Assembly: GCA_048938025.1 (NCBI GenBank)
Contig: JBHLMP010000007.1
Span: 28,615 to 92,614, forward strand
Length of the DNA: 64,000 nucleotides
Direction: 5' to 3'
Source of the DNA: Promethearchaeota archaeon
Lineage (GTDB): Archaea > Asgardarchaeota > Lokiarchaeia > Sigyniarchaeales > SOKP01
Below, piece by piece: positions 39,822-50,348 of this stretch. A program made the position numbers and the translations under genes. Position 1 is the first letter of the stretch; each line of letters begins with the position of its first letter. The notes under the pieces were generated by a model. The model was given only the letters and a program-made list of their open reading frames with translations, was not told the DNA's origin and made no database searches.

Positions 39822-40724
39822 TTATTCTTGGCTTTCAATTCTTTTCTTTATTTCTTGCCACATATCATTGATGTAAGTTTTATAAATTTCAATTTCTTTG
39901 ACACTTAGAGTTTTAAATCTTTTCTGTACGCTTAGATATTCCTCTATAGGTTTTCTTTTAGAAGGATCTAGATACTTACTGCTTGGTTTTGATAAAATAA
40001 ATTTGCCGTTAATCACTTCATATAAAGGCCAGAATCCAGTCTGTACGGCAAGTCTACCTATCAATATTGTATCCTTAGGTTCATATCCCCAACCAGGTGG
40101 GCAGGGTGAAAGGATATGGAAATATTTCGTTCCAAATATATCTCTTGCCTTTTTAAATTTTTCAAATAAATCAAGTGGATAAGATACAATACCCGTAGTC
40201 ACGTAAGGAATACCATGAGCTTCTAAAATCTTTGGCATATTTTTCTTATGCCCTAATTTACCTTCAGGTGTAGTTGTAGTTCTTACTCCTAATGGTGTAG
40301 AGCCACTTCGTTGAACACCTGTATTCATATAAGCTTCATTATCATAACATGCAAAGATAAAATTTGTACCTCTTTCAGCAGCACCACTTAATGCCTGTAT
40401 TCCTATATCAGTTGTCCCACCATCTCCTGCGAATGCAAGTACACAAATTTCTTCATCTAATCCCTTATCTTCTAAGGAAGCTCTTATTCCAGAGGCAGAA
40501 GCTCCTGTTGTTGCAAAAGGTGTGTGATAAACAGATATTTTTGTTGAGCAAAAGCCTTGCATCCCATGTAGTACTGTTAGACAAGAGGCGGGTACTGTTA
40601 TTATAGTTTTAGAACCTAGTGCTTTTAGAGCAATTCTGTAAATTAGAGCCATCCCACATCCTGCACAAGCTCGTGTACCGGGATAAATATATTCTTCTTC
40701 AGGAAGATCCATAACATTTACCAT
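39822..40724 (-). CDS. porB: Pyruvate/2-oxoacid:ferredoxin oxidoreductase beta subunit
   Basis: ACAGCG, GDGGT.DIG, DNEAYMNTG.QRS, SPCPPGW. Confidence 0.93.
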   Translation of the reverse strand: MVNVMDLPEEEYIYPGTRACAGCGMALIYRIALKALGSKTIITVPASCLTVLHGMQGFCSTKISVYHTPFATTGASASGIRASLEDKGLDEEICVLAFAGDGGTTDIGIQALSGAAERGTNFIFACYDNEAYMNTGVQRSGSTPLGVRTTTTPEGKLGHKKNMPKILEAHGIPYVTTGIVSYPLDLFEKFKKARDIFGTKYFHILSPCPPGWGYEPKDTILIGRLAVQTGFWPLYEVINGKFILSKPSSKYLDPSKRKPIEEYLSVQKRFKTLSVKEIEIYKTYINDMWQEIKKRIESQE

Positions 40725-40730
40725 TTTTTC

Positions 40731-42023
40731 TTATCCTCCTTTGAAATACGTTGATTCATCATAATCTTTTAATTCTTCCAAATTTAAACCTAAAAAGTCT
40801 GTTTTATTGGTAAATCCTCCTTCTTTAAATGCATCTAAAGCTTTATAAACACCAGATATAATATGTTCTGTTTTAACATCTCTTCCACCTAAACCAACAA
40901 TAAATCCTTTAATATTTGGTCGATTTTTTAATCCATAAAGTGCAGCTTTTAATTCATAAGATAAAACACCTTCATAACCATAACCTATATCTCTGTCAAA
41001 TACAATGATATTTTCTTTATCTTTAAAGAATTCTCTCAATTCTTCAGCAGGATAGGGTCTAAATAATTTTAAACTCACCAATCCAACCTTGAGTCCTTCA
41101 TTTCTAAGTTTTTCAATTGCAATCCTTCCTTGAGATGCTACTGAACCTATTGCAAAGATTATAGTATTTGCATCGTTTGTATCAACTGTTTTATAAATTC
41201 CATTTCCATAAGATCTGCCAAATTTCCTGAAATATTCATCATGAACTTCTTTAATTATATTAATTGAATTTTCTAAAGCTTTTTGCAAAGTATATCGATA
41301 TTCATAATATCCTGGCGCGGTTCCTTCCGCTCGTTTGATAATATTAGGAGTTGTAACGGGATCAATCCCCTTTACATTTGATATATCCGATAAATTGATA
41401 TGATGTTTAAGAGGTGGTAAGAACCCATCAATATCTTCTTGATTCTCTAATTTAACAGGCATCATTGTATGACTAAGTATATATCCATCATATGCAACTA
41501 TAGCGGGTAGAAAAACACGGGGATCCTCAGCAATTTTAAAAGCTTGGAGATTGGTGTCATAGATTTCTTGATTATTTTCGCATATAAATTGAATCCATCC
41601 AACATCTCTTATCGTTATAAAATCTTGATGATCAGTCCAAACACTCCAAGGGGCACCTAAGGATCTAGTTGCTAAATTAATAATTATAGGTAATCTATTT
41701 CCTGAAGCCCAGGGTAGCATTTCATACATAAATTCTAACCCATGAGCAGACGTTGCTGTGCCAACTCTAGAGCCTGTAGCAGAAGCAGCACAACATACTG
41801 CAAGTGCGGAATGCTCAGACTCGACTTTTACAAACCTAGCTTTCAATTTTCCTTCTGAAACAAATTCAGCGATTTTTTCTACTACAGGACTTTGAGGTGT
41901 TATTGGATATGCTGAGATAACGCCAACTTTTGCTTGTCTAAAAGCATGCGCAGCGGCATGATTACCTGTTAAAATCATTAAGTTTTCATCAGTAAGTTCT
42001 TCTTTCTCATTAGATACAGTCAC
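40731..42023 (-). CDS. porA: Pyruvate/2-oxoacid:ferredoxin oxidoreductase alpha subunit
   Basis: GNHAAA, AYPITPQ, VESEHSA, LFRP, GLGGRD. Confidence 0.93.
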   Translation of the reverse strand: MTVSNEKEELTDENLMILTGNHAAAHAFRQAKVGVISAYPITPQSPVVEKIAEFVSEGKLKARFVKVESEHSALAVCCAASATGSRVGTATSAHGLEFMYEMLPWASGNRLPIIINLATRSLGAPWSVWTDHQDFITIRDVGWIQFICENNQEIYDTNLQAFKIAEDPRVFLPAIVAYDGYILSHTMMPVKLENQEDIDGFLPPLKHHINLSDISNVKGIDPVTTPNIIKRAEGTAPGYYEYRYTLQKALENSINIIKEVHDEYFRKFGRSYGNGIYKTVDTNDANTIIFAIGSVASQGRIAIEKLRNEGLKVGLVSLKLFRPYPAEELREFFKDKENIIVFDRDIGYGYEGVLSYELKAALYGLKNRPNIKGFIVGLGGRDVKTEHIISGVYKALDAFKEGGFTNKTDFLGLNLEELKDYDESTYFKGG

Positions 42024-42319
42024 TCATATTTCACCTCTTCCATTGAAATAGCTTTTACTGGACATTCCTCCATACAGATTCCACATCCCTTACAATAATC
42101 TAAGTCAATTTTAGGAGGAATTACTCTTGATATCACTGCTTCAGGGCAATATAACCAACAAGTAAAACAACTGGGTTTTCCAGATTTTGCGGGGATGCAT
42201 TTACTTAAATCAATTACAGGTATCCATTTTGCCCATGAACCAGTTTTACCAGCTTCTCCTTTAACAGGTTTTTGGACAGAACCAAGAATTTTTTGATAGT
42301 CTTTTTTTGATTCATTCAT
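42020..42319 (-). CDS. porD: Pyruvate/2-oxoacid:ferredoxin oxidoreductase delta subunit
   Basis: KTGSW, CWLYCPE, IDLDYCKGCGICMEECP; ATGA overlap with porA. Confidence 0.92.
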   Translation of the reverse strand: MNESKKDYQKILGSVQKPVKGEAGKTGSWAKWIPVIDLSKCIPAKSGKPSCFTCWLYCPEAVISRVIPPKIDLDYCKGCGICMEECPVKAISMEEVKYE

Positions 42320-42596
42320 AAAAACACCAAATTTAGATTAAATTTAAAGCCTTGTATAAAATCAAACGCAAATAAATTTTTAATTCTTACCATTTAGAAT
42401 AAAAACGAATAAGGCTAAATTTTAATTAAATTATTAGTTTTTCGGTTAATACTAGATTAATTTTCTTATGGGAAAAATAAAGACATAAATATTACTTATT
42501 TTATTATTCACTTTAGATAACGTATTAGGCTCCTAAAATAGTAGTATAATTTTTTAAATTTTTAACATATGGAGAAATATTGAAAAATAACAGTAG

Positions 42597-45500
42597 TTGA
42601 GGTTAACGTTGGACACTTCACCCGATACGCTTAAATTAATTACTGAAATGGAAAAATATAAGAGTATAATTGATAACATAAAAGAATGCTATTTCGAAGT
42701 TGATCTAAAAGGTAATTTTACATTTTTCAATGACTCTGTATTGAAACTTTTGGATTATTCGCAAGATGAACTTTTAGGATTAAATTATAAGTATCTTGCA
42801 GATGAAGAAACCAGAGGTAAAGTCTTTAAAGGATTTAATATGGTTTATGAAACTGGTAAGCCACTAACAGATTTTCAATACCAATTTAGAAACAAAAAAG
42901 GTGAGAAAATAGTTGGTGAAACATCTGTATATTTAAAATATGATGCGAAAGGAAATAAAATTGGTTTCTGTGGTTTATTTCGCGATATAACTAAAAGAAA
43001 GGAAGAAGAGCAAATATTTAAAGAAGAATTAGAAAATAAAGTACGTTTAAGGACTAAAGAATTAAGAGAATCCGAAGAAAAGTATAGTAATCTTTTCCAC
43101 CATTCTAATGATGCTATTTTTTTACATGATTTGAATGGAACGATTATAGATGTTAATCAAAGAGTATTGGAACAATTCGGATATACTAGATCAGAGATTC
43201 TAAAACTTAAAATTCCAGACCTTCATCCAATAGAGGAACATGAATCATCTAAGAAAGCATTCGAAGAAGTTTCAAATAAAGGAGTTGTAAGATTTGAAAT
43301 TAACTTTAAAAAGAAAAGCGGAGAAAAATTTTTAGCTGAAGTGTCATCCAGTTTATTTGATATAGGCGGAAAAAAAGTTATTCAAGGTATTGTAAGAGAT
43401 ATAACTGAACGTGTTTTAACAGAACAAAAATTAAGAATATCGGAAGAAAAGTATCGACTTATTACTGAAAATGCTAATGATATGATAGCTATTATTAATA
43501 AGCAATTTAAATTAGAATTTACTAATGAAAATACAGTTAAAAAGAAATTAGGATATTCAAATGATGAGATATTAGATAAATATATATTGGATTTTGTACA
43601 TCCTGATGATATTCAAAAAGCAATTAAATCATATAAAGTAGGAGAAAAGAAAGGTGAAAATGTAGCAGATTTACGATTCAAACATAAGGATGGTAATTAT
43701 ATATGGTTAGAAATTACAGGAAAAAGATTTGTAACTCCAGATGGAGAATATAAAGGTATCCTAATTTCAAGGATCATTACTGAAAAAAAAGAAATAGAAA
43801 ACAAATTAAAAGAATCAGAGGAAAAGTATAGATTGATTTCAGAAAATGCTAATGATTTAATTAGTATTACAGATGATAAGATGAATTTAGAATATGTTAA
43901 TGAACAAGTTCATAATAAAATAATGGGATATCTTAAGGAAGATCTTATAGGAATAAATGGTATAGAACTAATTCATCCTGAAGATCGTGAAAATGTATTA
44001 CAGGTATTTAAATTAGTCTTAATATCAGGAGAAGGATATGTAGAAGCAAGAATTAAACATAAAGATGGTCATTATTTATGGACTGGAACCAATGGTTCAG
44101 TATATATTGACAGAAATGGGAAGCCAAAGGTTCTTTTAATTACGAGAGACATAACCGAACGTAAGTTGGCTGAGCAGAAATTAAAGGATTCTGAAGAAAA
44201 ACACCGAAACATGATTAATAATCTTGATTTAGGATTTTATCAGTTAAGTTGGGATGGAATATTATTAAATCATAATCCAGCTTTTAGCAAAATATTAGGG
44301 TTCCATCCATCTGAAAATTTAATCGATAAGAACATCCATGATTTTTGGCAAAATCCTGAAGAACGGATAACATATTTAGATGAATTAAAAAAGTTAGGCT
44401 ATGTTAAGAATTATTTAGTTCATGCAAAAAAGAAAAACGATGAAAAAATAGTTTTACACCTCAATTCTCATATTTTGGAAAAAACTAAAGGGAGTCCCAA
44501 TATAATTCAAGGATTAATAACAGATATTACAGAAAAATTCAAATTAGAACAGAAATTAAAGGAATCCGAGCAAAGATATCGAAATCTTTTTGAATCTATG
44601 CCTTTTTCTATAGCACTTCTTGATCAAAAAGGAAGGGTGATTTATACTAATCCTGCTTCTGAAAAATTATTTGGATATAGTATGGAAGATTTACTTGGTG
44701 AAGAGTTTAGAAATCTTTCAATCATTCATCCTCAATATTTACCTCTAATGTTAAAAAGATTTAAAAAGACCCTTAAAGGTGAAAATCTATCGCCAATAGA
44801 GATTCAAATATATAAGAAAAATGGTAATTTAACTTGGATAAACTATCAGACATCATTAGTAAATCTAGGTAATGAATCATTGATGCAAGTTATTATAAAT
44901 GATATTTCAGAGCAAAAAAAAGCTGAACTTCTTATCAAAGAAGAAGTGAAAAAGTTAAAAGAATTAGATCAAATCAGGAAAGATCTTATTTCTAGAGTCT
45001 CCCACGAGTTAAAAACACCACTCGTATCTGTGTGCGGAGGATCTGAACTTATTTTGGAAATATATAAAGGAAATTTGGATTCAGATGTTTTAGAGTTATT
45101 AGAACTCATAGAAAAGGGTGGAAAGCGCTTAAAATATTTGGTTGATAATCTACTTGATATAACTCGAATAGAATATAATAAACTCAAACTAAATAAAGAA
45201 TTAAGTGATTTGAGTAAAATTATTAAAGATTGCGTTAAAGAATTACAATATTTAGCCAGACAAAGAGAATTAAATTTGGATTTAAAATTAGTAGATCACT
45301 TATATTTAGAGATAGATAAAATTAGATTAGAACAGGTAATTATTAATTTATTATCAAATGCCATAAAAAATACCCCACCTTTGGGAAATATAACAATAAA
45401 ATTACAAAAAAAGGAAGATTGGGCAGAAATCTCAGTTAAAGATACAGGGATTGGATTAACGAAAGGAGAAATGGATATCCTATTCACAAGATTTGGCAAA

Positions 45501-45665
45501 ATTGAACGATATGGAGAAGGGTTAGAATATATAGATATTCAAGGTTCTGGATTAGGGTTATATATCTCTAAAGAAATTGTTGATTTACATGGCGGCCAGA
45601 TAAGGGCAGAATCAGCAGGAAGGAATAAGGGAAGTACATTTATTGTGAAATTACCAATTAATTAA
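42597..45665 (+). CDS. PAS-domain sensor histidine kinase (six PAS repeats)
   Basis: Six EKY...DIT repeats; SHELKTPL, NLLSNAIK, DTGIG, GSGLGL; no TM segment. True start may be TTG 42609. Confidence 0.93.
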   Translation: MRLTLDTSPDTLKLITEMEKYKSIIDNIKECYFEVDLKGNFTFFNDSVLKLLDYSQDELLGLNYKYLADEETRGKVFKGFNMVYETGKPLTDFQYQFRNKKGEKIVGETSVYLKYDAKGNKIGFCGLFRDITKRKEEEQIFKEELENKVRLRTKELRESEEKYSNLFHHSNDAIFLHDLNGTIIDVNQRVLEQFGYTRSEILKLKIPDLHPIEEHESSKKAFEEVSNKGVVRFEINFKKKSGEKFLAEVSSSLFDIGGKKVIQGIVRDITERVLTEQKLRISEEKYRLITENANDMIAIINKQFKLEFTNENTVKKKLGYSNDEILDKYILDFVHPDDIQKAIKSYKVGEKKGENVADLRFKHKDGNYIWLEITGKRFVTPDGEYKGILISRIITEKKEIENKLKESEEKYRLISENANDLISITDDKMNLEYVNEQVHNKIMGYLKEDLIGINGIELIHPEDRENVLQVFKLVLISGEGYVEARIKHKDGHYLWTGTNGSVYIDRNGKPKVLLITRDITERKLAEQKLKDSEEKHRNMINNLDLGFYQLSWDGILLNHNPAFSKILGFHPSENLIDKNIHDFWQNPEERITYLDELKKLGYVKNYLVHAKKKNDEKIVLHLNSHILEKTKGSPNIIQGLITDITEKFKLEQKLKESEQRYRNLFESMPFSIALLDQKGRVIYTNPASEKLFGYSMEDLLGEEFRNLSIIHPQYLPLMLKRFKKTLKGENLSPIEIQIYKKNGNLTWINYQTSLVNLGNESLMQVIINDISEQKKAELLIKEEVKKLKELDQIRKDLISRVSHELKTPLVSVCGGSELILEIYKGNLDSDVLELLELIEKGGKRLKYLVDNLLDITRIEYNKLKLNKELSDLSKIIKDCVKELQYLARQRELNLDLKLVDHLYLEIDKIRLEQVIINLLSNAIKNTPPLGNITIKLQKKEDWAEISVKDTGIGLTKGEMDILFTRFGKIERYGEGLEYIDIQGSGLGLYISKEIVDLHGGQIRAESAGRNKGSTFIVKLPIN

Positions 45666-45718
45666 TTTATAATAAATAATTAAAAATTTTTTTATTTAAG
45701 TACAATTTATAGAAAAAA

Positions 45719-47974
45719 ATGAAGTATAACAAGGAAGAAATAAGAGAAAAGTTTAAAGATCTATTTGAAAATTCTTTAGATTTAATTTATGTTAATGATC
45801 TAAAAGGTAATATTCTTGATGCTAATGATATTGCTTTAAAGTCTCTTGGATATAAAAAGGAAGAAATGTTAGACATTTCTTTCATAAATTTAGTTGATCA
45901 AGAGAATTTGCTTAAAGCAATAAAGGTAACTAAAGAAATAGTGGAAAAAGGAAGGCAAACAGAACGTAGTGAATATAAACTTAAAAAAAAGGATGGGAAT
46001 TTTATTTATATTGAGACATATGCAATTCCTTTAAAAAAGAATGATAAAATTTATGCGATTTTAGGAATTGGAACTGATATTACTGAACGTAAAATTGCTG
46101 AGCAAAAGCTAAAAGAATCCAAAGAAAAGTATCGACATCTATTTGAAAATTCTCCTGATTTTGTAGGGTTAGTAGATTTAAAAGGAAATTTGATAGACTG
46201 TAATAATCGAGTTGAAGATTTTCTTTCAATCCATAAGAAAGAAGATATTATTGGAAAAAATTTCAAAGAAATTTTCTCAATTAATGAAAAAAACAAGTAT
46301 GCTATACCTCTATTTGAAGAAATTTATAAAAATATACTTAAAGGTGAAATTCCAGAACCTATTGAATTTAAATTATATAGAACAATAGGGAGATTTTTAT
46401 GGCTAAATCTCCGAGGTTCTTTAATAGATATTGAAGGAAAAAAATTAATTCAATTTATAATTCAAAATATTACAGAGAAAAAAGAAGCAGTCCAAAAATT
46501 AAAAGATTCCGAAGAAAAGTACAAGAACTTAGTAGAAAATGGTCAAGAAGGTGTTTGGGCAGTGGATGAAAATGATAATACAATCTTTGTAAATCCAAAA
46601 ATATGTGAAATGCTTGGATATAATAAAAATGAAATGATGGGTAAAAATTTAGATTTATTTTTAGAGGACTCAATGATGGAATTGATCAATAGCTACCGAA
46701 AACGTAGAGAAAAAGGTTTGAAAGATACTTATGAACTTGAATTCTTAAAAAAGGATGGAACTATAATACAGACAAGTGTAAAAGCTGCTCCAATCTTAAA
46801 AGAAAATGGAGAGTTTAAAGGTTCATTTGCATATATTAATGATATTTCAAATAAAAAAATAGCGGAAAAAAAATTAAGAGAATCTGAAAAAAAATTCAGA
46901 TCAATTTTTGAAGCTATACCAGATCTCTATTTTCTCGTTGATAATAATACAACAATCTTAGATTATAAAGGGAAAGAGGAAGATTTATATTTACCTCCAG
47001 ATCTATTTCTTGGAAAAAAATTAACAGATGTTATACCTATAGAAATAAAAGATTTATCACTAAATGCTGTAAAGAACACTATAAAAACACAAAAACCACA
47101 ATTGATGGAATATGCTCTTCCTATAAAAGATATAACTCGATATTTTGAAGCTCGTCATCTTTTTTTCTCTGAAGAACGTGTTGGTATATTTATACGGGAA
47201 ATTACAGATCGGAAAAAAGCTGAATTTCTCATCAAAGAAGAAGTTAATAAATTGAAAGAATTAGATCAAATTAGAAAAGATCTTATTTCTAGAGTCTCGC
47301 ATGAGTTAAAAACACCACTTGTTTCTGTTATCGGCGGATCCGAACTTCTTCTTAATAATTATAAAGAAAAAATGAAGGATGAAGAATTAGAGCTATTAGA
47401 GATTATTCAAAAAGGAGGGAAAAGATTAAAGCACCTTATTGAAAATCTACTTGATATTACTCGAATAGAATATAATAAATTTAATTTAGAAAAAAAAGAA
47501 GACGATCTAAGCGAAATTATTAAAGATATATCAAATGAAATGAAGTATTTACTAAAGGAACGTAATATCATATTAAATATAGAACAACCTGAGAGCTTGC
47601 GCTTATATATAGATAGGATTAGAATTGAACAAGTTATAACAAACTTATTGTTAAATGCTATCAAAAATACTCCAGCTATGGGAAATATAACGCTAAAATT
47701 ACAAAAAAATAAAGATTGGGCAGAAATTTTGGTAAGTGATACTGGAGTAGGGTTAACTAAAGAAGAAATGAATATTATTTTTACTAGATTTGGAAAGATA
47801 GAAAGATATGGACAAGGTTTGGAATATATTGATATTCAAGGTTCTGGACTAGGATTATTTATATCAAAAGAAATTGTTGATTTACATGGGGGTTATATTA
47901 GAGCAGAGTCAGAAGGTAGAAATAAAGGGAGTACTTTTATAGTAAAATTACCAATTCAAAATAGGTATAAATGA
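45719..47974 (+). CDS. PAS-domain sensor histidine kinase (four PAS repeats)
   Basis: Four PAS repeats; SHELKTPL, NAIK, DTGVG, GSGLGL. Confidence 0.93.
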   Translation: MKYNKEEIREKFKDLFENSLDLIYVNDLKGNILDANDIALKSLGYKKEEMLDISFINLVDQENLLKAIKVTKEIVEKGRQTERSEYKLKKKDGNFIYIETYAIPLKKNDKIYAILGIGTDITERKIAEQKLKESKEKYRHLFENSPDFVGLVDLKGNLIDCNNRVEDFLSIHKKEDIIGKNFKEIFSINEKNKYAIPLFEEIYKNILKGEIPEPIEFKLYRTIGRFLWLNLRGSLIDIEGKKLIQFIIQNITEKKEAVQKLKDSEEKYKNLVENGQEGVWAVDENDNTIFVNPKICEMLGYNKNEMMGKNLDLFLEDSMMELINSYRKRREKGLKDTYELEFLKKDGTIIQTSVKAAPILKENGEFKGSFAYINDISNKKIAEKKLRESEKKFRSIFEAIPDLYFLVDNNTTILDYKGKEEDLYLPPDLFLGKKLTDVIPIEIKDLSLNAVKNTIKTQKPQLMEYALPIKDITRYFEARHLFFSEERVGIFIREITDRKKAEFLIKEEVNKLKELDQIRKDLISRVSHELKTPLVSVIGGSELLLNNYKEKMKDEELELLEIIQKGGKRLKHLIENLLDITRIEYNKFNLEKKEDDLSEIIKDISNEMKYLLKERNIILNIEQPESLRLYIDRIRIEQVITNLLLNAIKNTPAMGNITLKLQKNKDWAEILVSDTGVGLTKEEMNIIFTRFGKIERYGQGLEYIDIQGSGLGLFISKEIVDLHGGYIRAESEGRNKGSTFIVKLPIQNRYK

Positions 47975-48012
47975 ATTTTATATTTATTATAGAACTGATT
48001 TGAAGTTTAAAA

Positions 48013-49524
48013 ATGAAATATAATAGAGAGAATATCGAAGAGAAATACCAAGATTTATTTGAATATTCTCTAGATATGATTTATGTTAATGATCTAAAAG
48101 GAAATTTTCTTGATGCTAATGATATTGCATTAAAGAAGCTAGGATTTAACCGAGAAGATATTCCTGATCTTTCATTTATAGATTTAATTGACAAGGAGGA
48201 TTTAATAAAGGCTTTAAAAGTTGTAAAGGAAATAAAAGAAACTGGAAAACAATCGAAACATCGACAATATAAACTCAAAACTAAAGAATGTGGTTTCATC
48301 TATGTAGAAACCTTTGCTATACCTTTAAGAAAAAAGGGTAAGATTTACGCCGTTTTAGGGATTGCAAATGATATTACAGAGAGTAAGTTAGGAGAACAAA
48401 AACTAAAGGATTCAGAAGAGAAGTACCGAATTCTTTTTGAAGATTCACCATTTTCTATCGTTTTAATTGACTCAAAAGGAAATATTATTGATTGTAATCC
48501 AGCAACAGAAGAACTATTAGGATATAAGAAAGAAGAAGTAATACGTAAAAAATTTATGAATCTTGAAATATTCCCAACTGATTTTCTACCTGTTATTCTT
48601 GATCTTTTTACAAGATTTTTAAAAGGAGAAGAATTGCATCGAATGGATGTAAAAATGTATAAGAAAGATGGAGGTTTGATCTGGGCAAATCTGCAAGCTT
48701 CTTTAGTAAAATTAGATGGTGAAACATTTGTACAAGCAATATTTCATGATATCACGAATCAAAAAAAAGCTAACTTGCTTATTAAAGAAGAAATTAAAAA
48801 ATTAAAAGAATTAGATCAAATTAGAAAAGATCTTATTTCCAGAGTTTCCCATGAGTTAAAAACTCCTCTGGTATCTATATATGGAGGATCTGAACTTCTG
48901 TTAAGAGTTTTTAAAGATCGATTAGATATAGATAAGATAGAATTAATAGAATTAATTCAAAAAGGAGGCAAAAGGTTAAAACATTTAGTTAATAATTTAC
49001 TTGATATTACTCGAATAGAATATGATAAATTCAAATTAGAAAAGGAAAAATATAATTTAAGTGAAATAATTAAAGAAATCTCAAAAGAAATGAGATATTT
49101 AATAAAAGAAAGGAATCTTGTATTAAATTTAGAATTATCAGATGAATTATATTTGGAATTAGATAGAATTAGAATTGAACAAGTTCTTACAAACTTATTG
49201 TTAAATGCTATAAAAAATACTCCACCTTGGGGAAATATAAAGATAAAATTACAAAAAAAGGAAGATTGGGCAGAATTTTCAGTTAAAGATACAGGAGTTG
49301 GATTAACTAAAGAAGAAATGAATCTTATTTTCACTAGATTTGGAAAGATAGAAAGATATGGAGAAGGGTTAGAATATATAGATATTCAAGGTTCTGGACT
49401 TGGATTATTTATATCAAAAGAGATAGTTGATTTACATAAGGGTTATATTAGGGCAGAATCAGAAGGTAGAAATAAAGGAAGCACCTTTATAGTACAACTA
49501 CCAATTCAAAATAGACATAAATGA
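48013..49524 (+). CDS. PAS-domain sensor histidine kinase (two PAS repeats)
   Basis: Two PAS repeats; SHELKTPL, NAIK, DTGVG, GSGLGL. Confidence 0.93.
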   Translation: MKYNRENIEEKYQDLFEYSLDMIYVNDLKGNFLDANDIALKKLGFNREDIPDLSFIDLIDKEDLIKALKVVKEIKETGKQSKHRQYKLKTKECGFIYVETFAIPLRKKGKIYAVLGIANDITESKLGEQKLKDSEEKYRILFEDSPFSIVLIDSKGNIIDCNPATEELLGYKKEEVIRKKFMNLEIFPTDFLPVILDLFTRFLKGEELHRMDVKMYKKDGGLIWANLQASLVKLDGETFVQAIFHDITNQKKANLLIKEEIKKLKELDQIRKDLISRVSHELKTPLVSIYGGSELLLRVFKDRLDIDKIELIELIQKGGKRLKHLVNNLLDITRIEYDKFKLEKEKYNLSEIIKEISKEMRYLIKERNLVLNLELSDELYLELDRIRIEQVLTNLLLNAIKNTPPWGNIKIKLQKKEDWAEFSVKDTGVGLTKEEMNLIFTRFGKIERYGEGLEYIDIQGSGLGLFISKEIVDLHKGYIRAESEGRNKGSTFIVQLPIQNRHK

Positions 49525-49536
49525 ATTTTTTATTCG

Positions 49537-50121
49537 TTATAAAATCTTAGCAAGATTAAATCCCTGTTCAATCAGTTCAATATTTTGATGGGCTAAATTC
49601 TCCCCCATTCTTTTTGAAATTACTCTTTTAAGGTTTTCTAAGCTTAATTCTGGAAGAACTTTTGAAAGTAAACCTAATATTGGAGTATTGATTACAGGAA
49701 CTCCGTCAATAGTAAGATCTTTTTCTAGAGATAATTTGCTTATGTCAGCTAGAACTAATTTAACACCTTTAAGGTTAAATTTTTTAACGAAATAATCAGG
49801 ATCTTTTTCAGAGTTTATTATAAAAATTCCCCCTTCTTTAATAGATGATGCGATTTCTTGATTTAATACTGTCTCATCAAAAACAATTAAAACATTTGGA
49901 TTTTCAATCTGAGCACGATCCCATATAATTTCAGTTCTAGAGAGTTTAGCATATGCCTGAACAGGCGCGCCTCTTCTTTCTGCCCCAAAAGAAGGATAGG
50001 CATGAACATCAACAAAACTACCACTCATAAATGCTGCTTCTGCTATTATCTCACAGGCGGTAACAGCTCCCTGTCCGCCTCTTCCATGTATAATAATTTC
50101 TACATTCTCTTTTTCAATCAT
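49537..50121 (-). CDS. porG: Pyruvate/2-oxoacid:ferredoxin oxidoreductase gamma subunit
   Basis: HGRGGQGAVT, PSFGAERRGAPV, INTPILG. Confidence 0.93.
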   Translation of the reverse strand: MIEKENVEIIIHGRGGQGAVTACEIIAEAAFMSGSFVDVHAYPSFGAERRGAPVQAYAKLSRTEIIWDRAQIENPNVLIVFDETVLNQEIASSIKEGGIFIINSEKDPDYFVKKFNLKGVKLVLADISKLSLEKDLTIDGVPVINTPILGLLSKVLPELSLENLKRVISKRMGENLAHQNIELIEQGFNLAKIL

Positions 50122-50348
50122 AGAAAAACCTAATTACAAGAATTAATTATTGATCATTACTAGAATAACAGAATTGATATTTTTTAATATGAATTATATG
50201 CAAAAATTAAAAACTTTACCTTGTTTTGAATAATATGAACTACATTTTTTCCCCGATTTAACCTTTGAAAATTTTAACTAAATATTAATAATGATAAAAA
50301 ATCAAATCATATTATAATGGATTTACATAAAAAACAAGACTTTATATT

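Noticed and set aside
42170-42200. Extra residues in the first PorD ferredoxin motif (CIPAKSGKPSC) as a second, in-frame intron
   Set aside because: Some local pairing exists, but I could not build two 3-nt bulges around a 4-bp helix; the frame is open and loop insertions in ferredoxin motifs are common
44930-49524. Repeated DNA blocks as a mobile element or CRISPR-like repeat
   Set aside because: They are paralogous HisKA/HATPase coding segments, without spacer periodicity or terminal repeats
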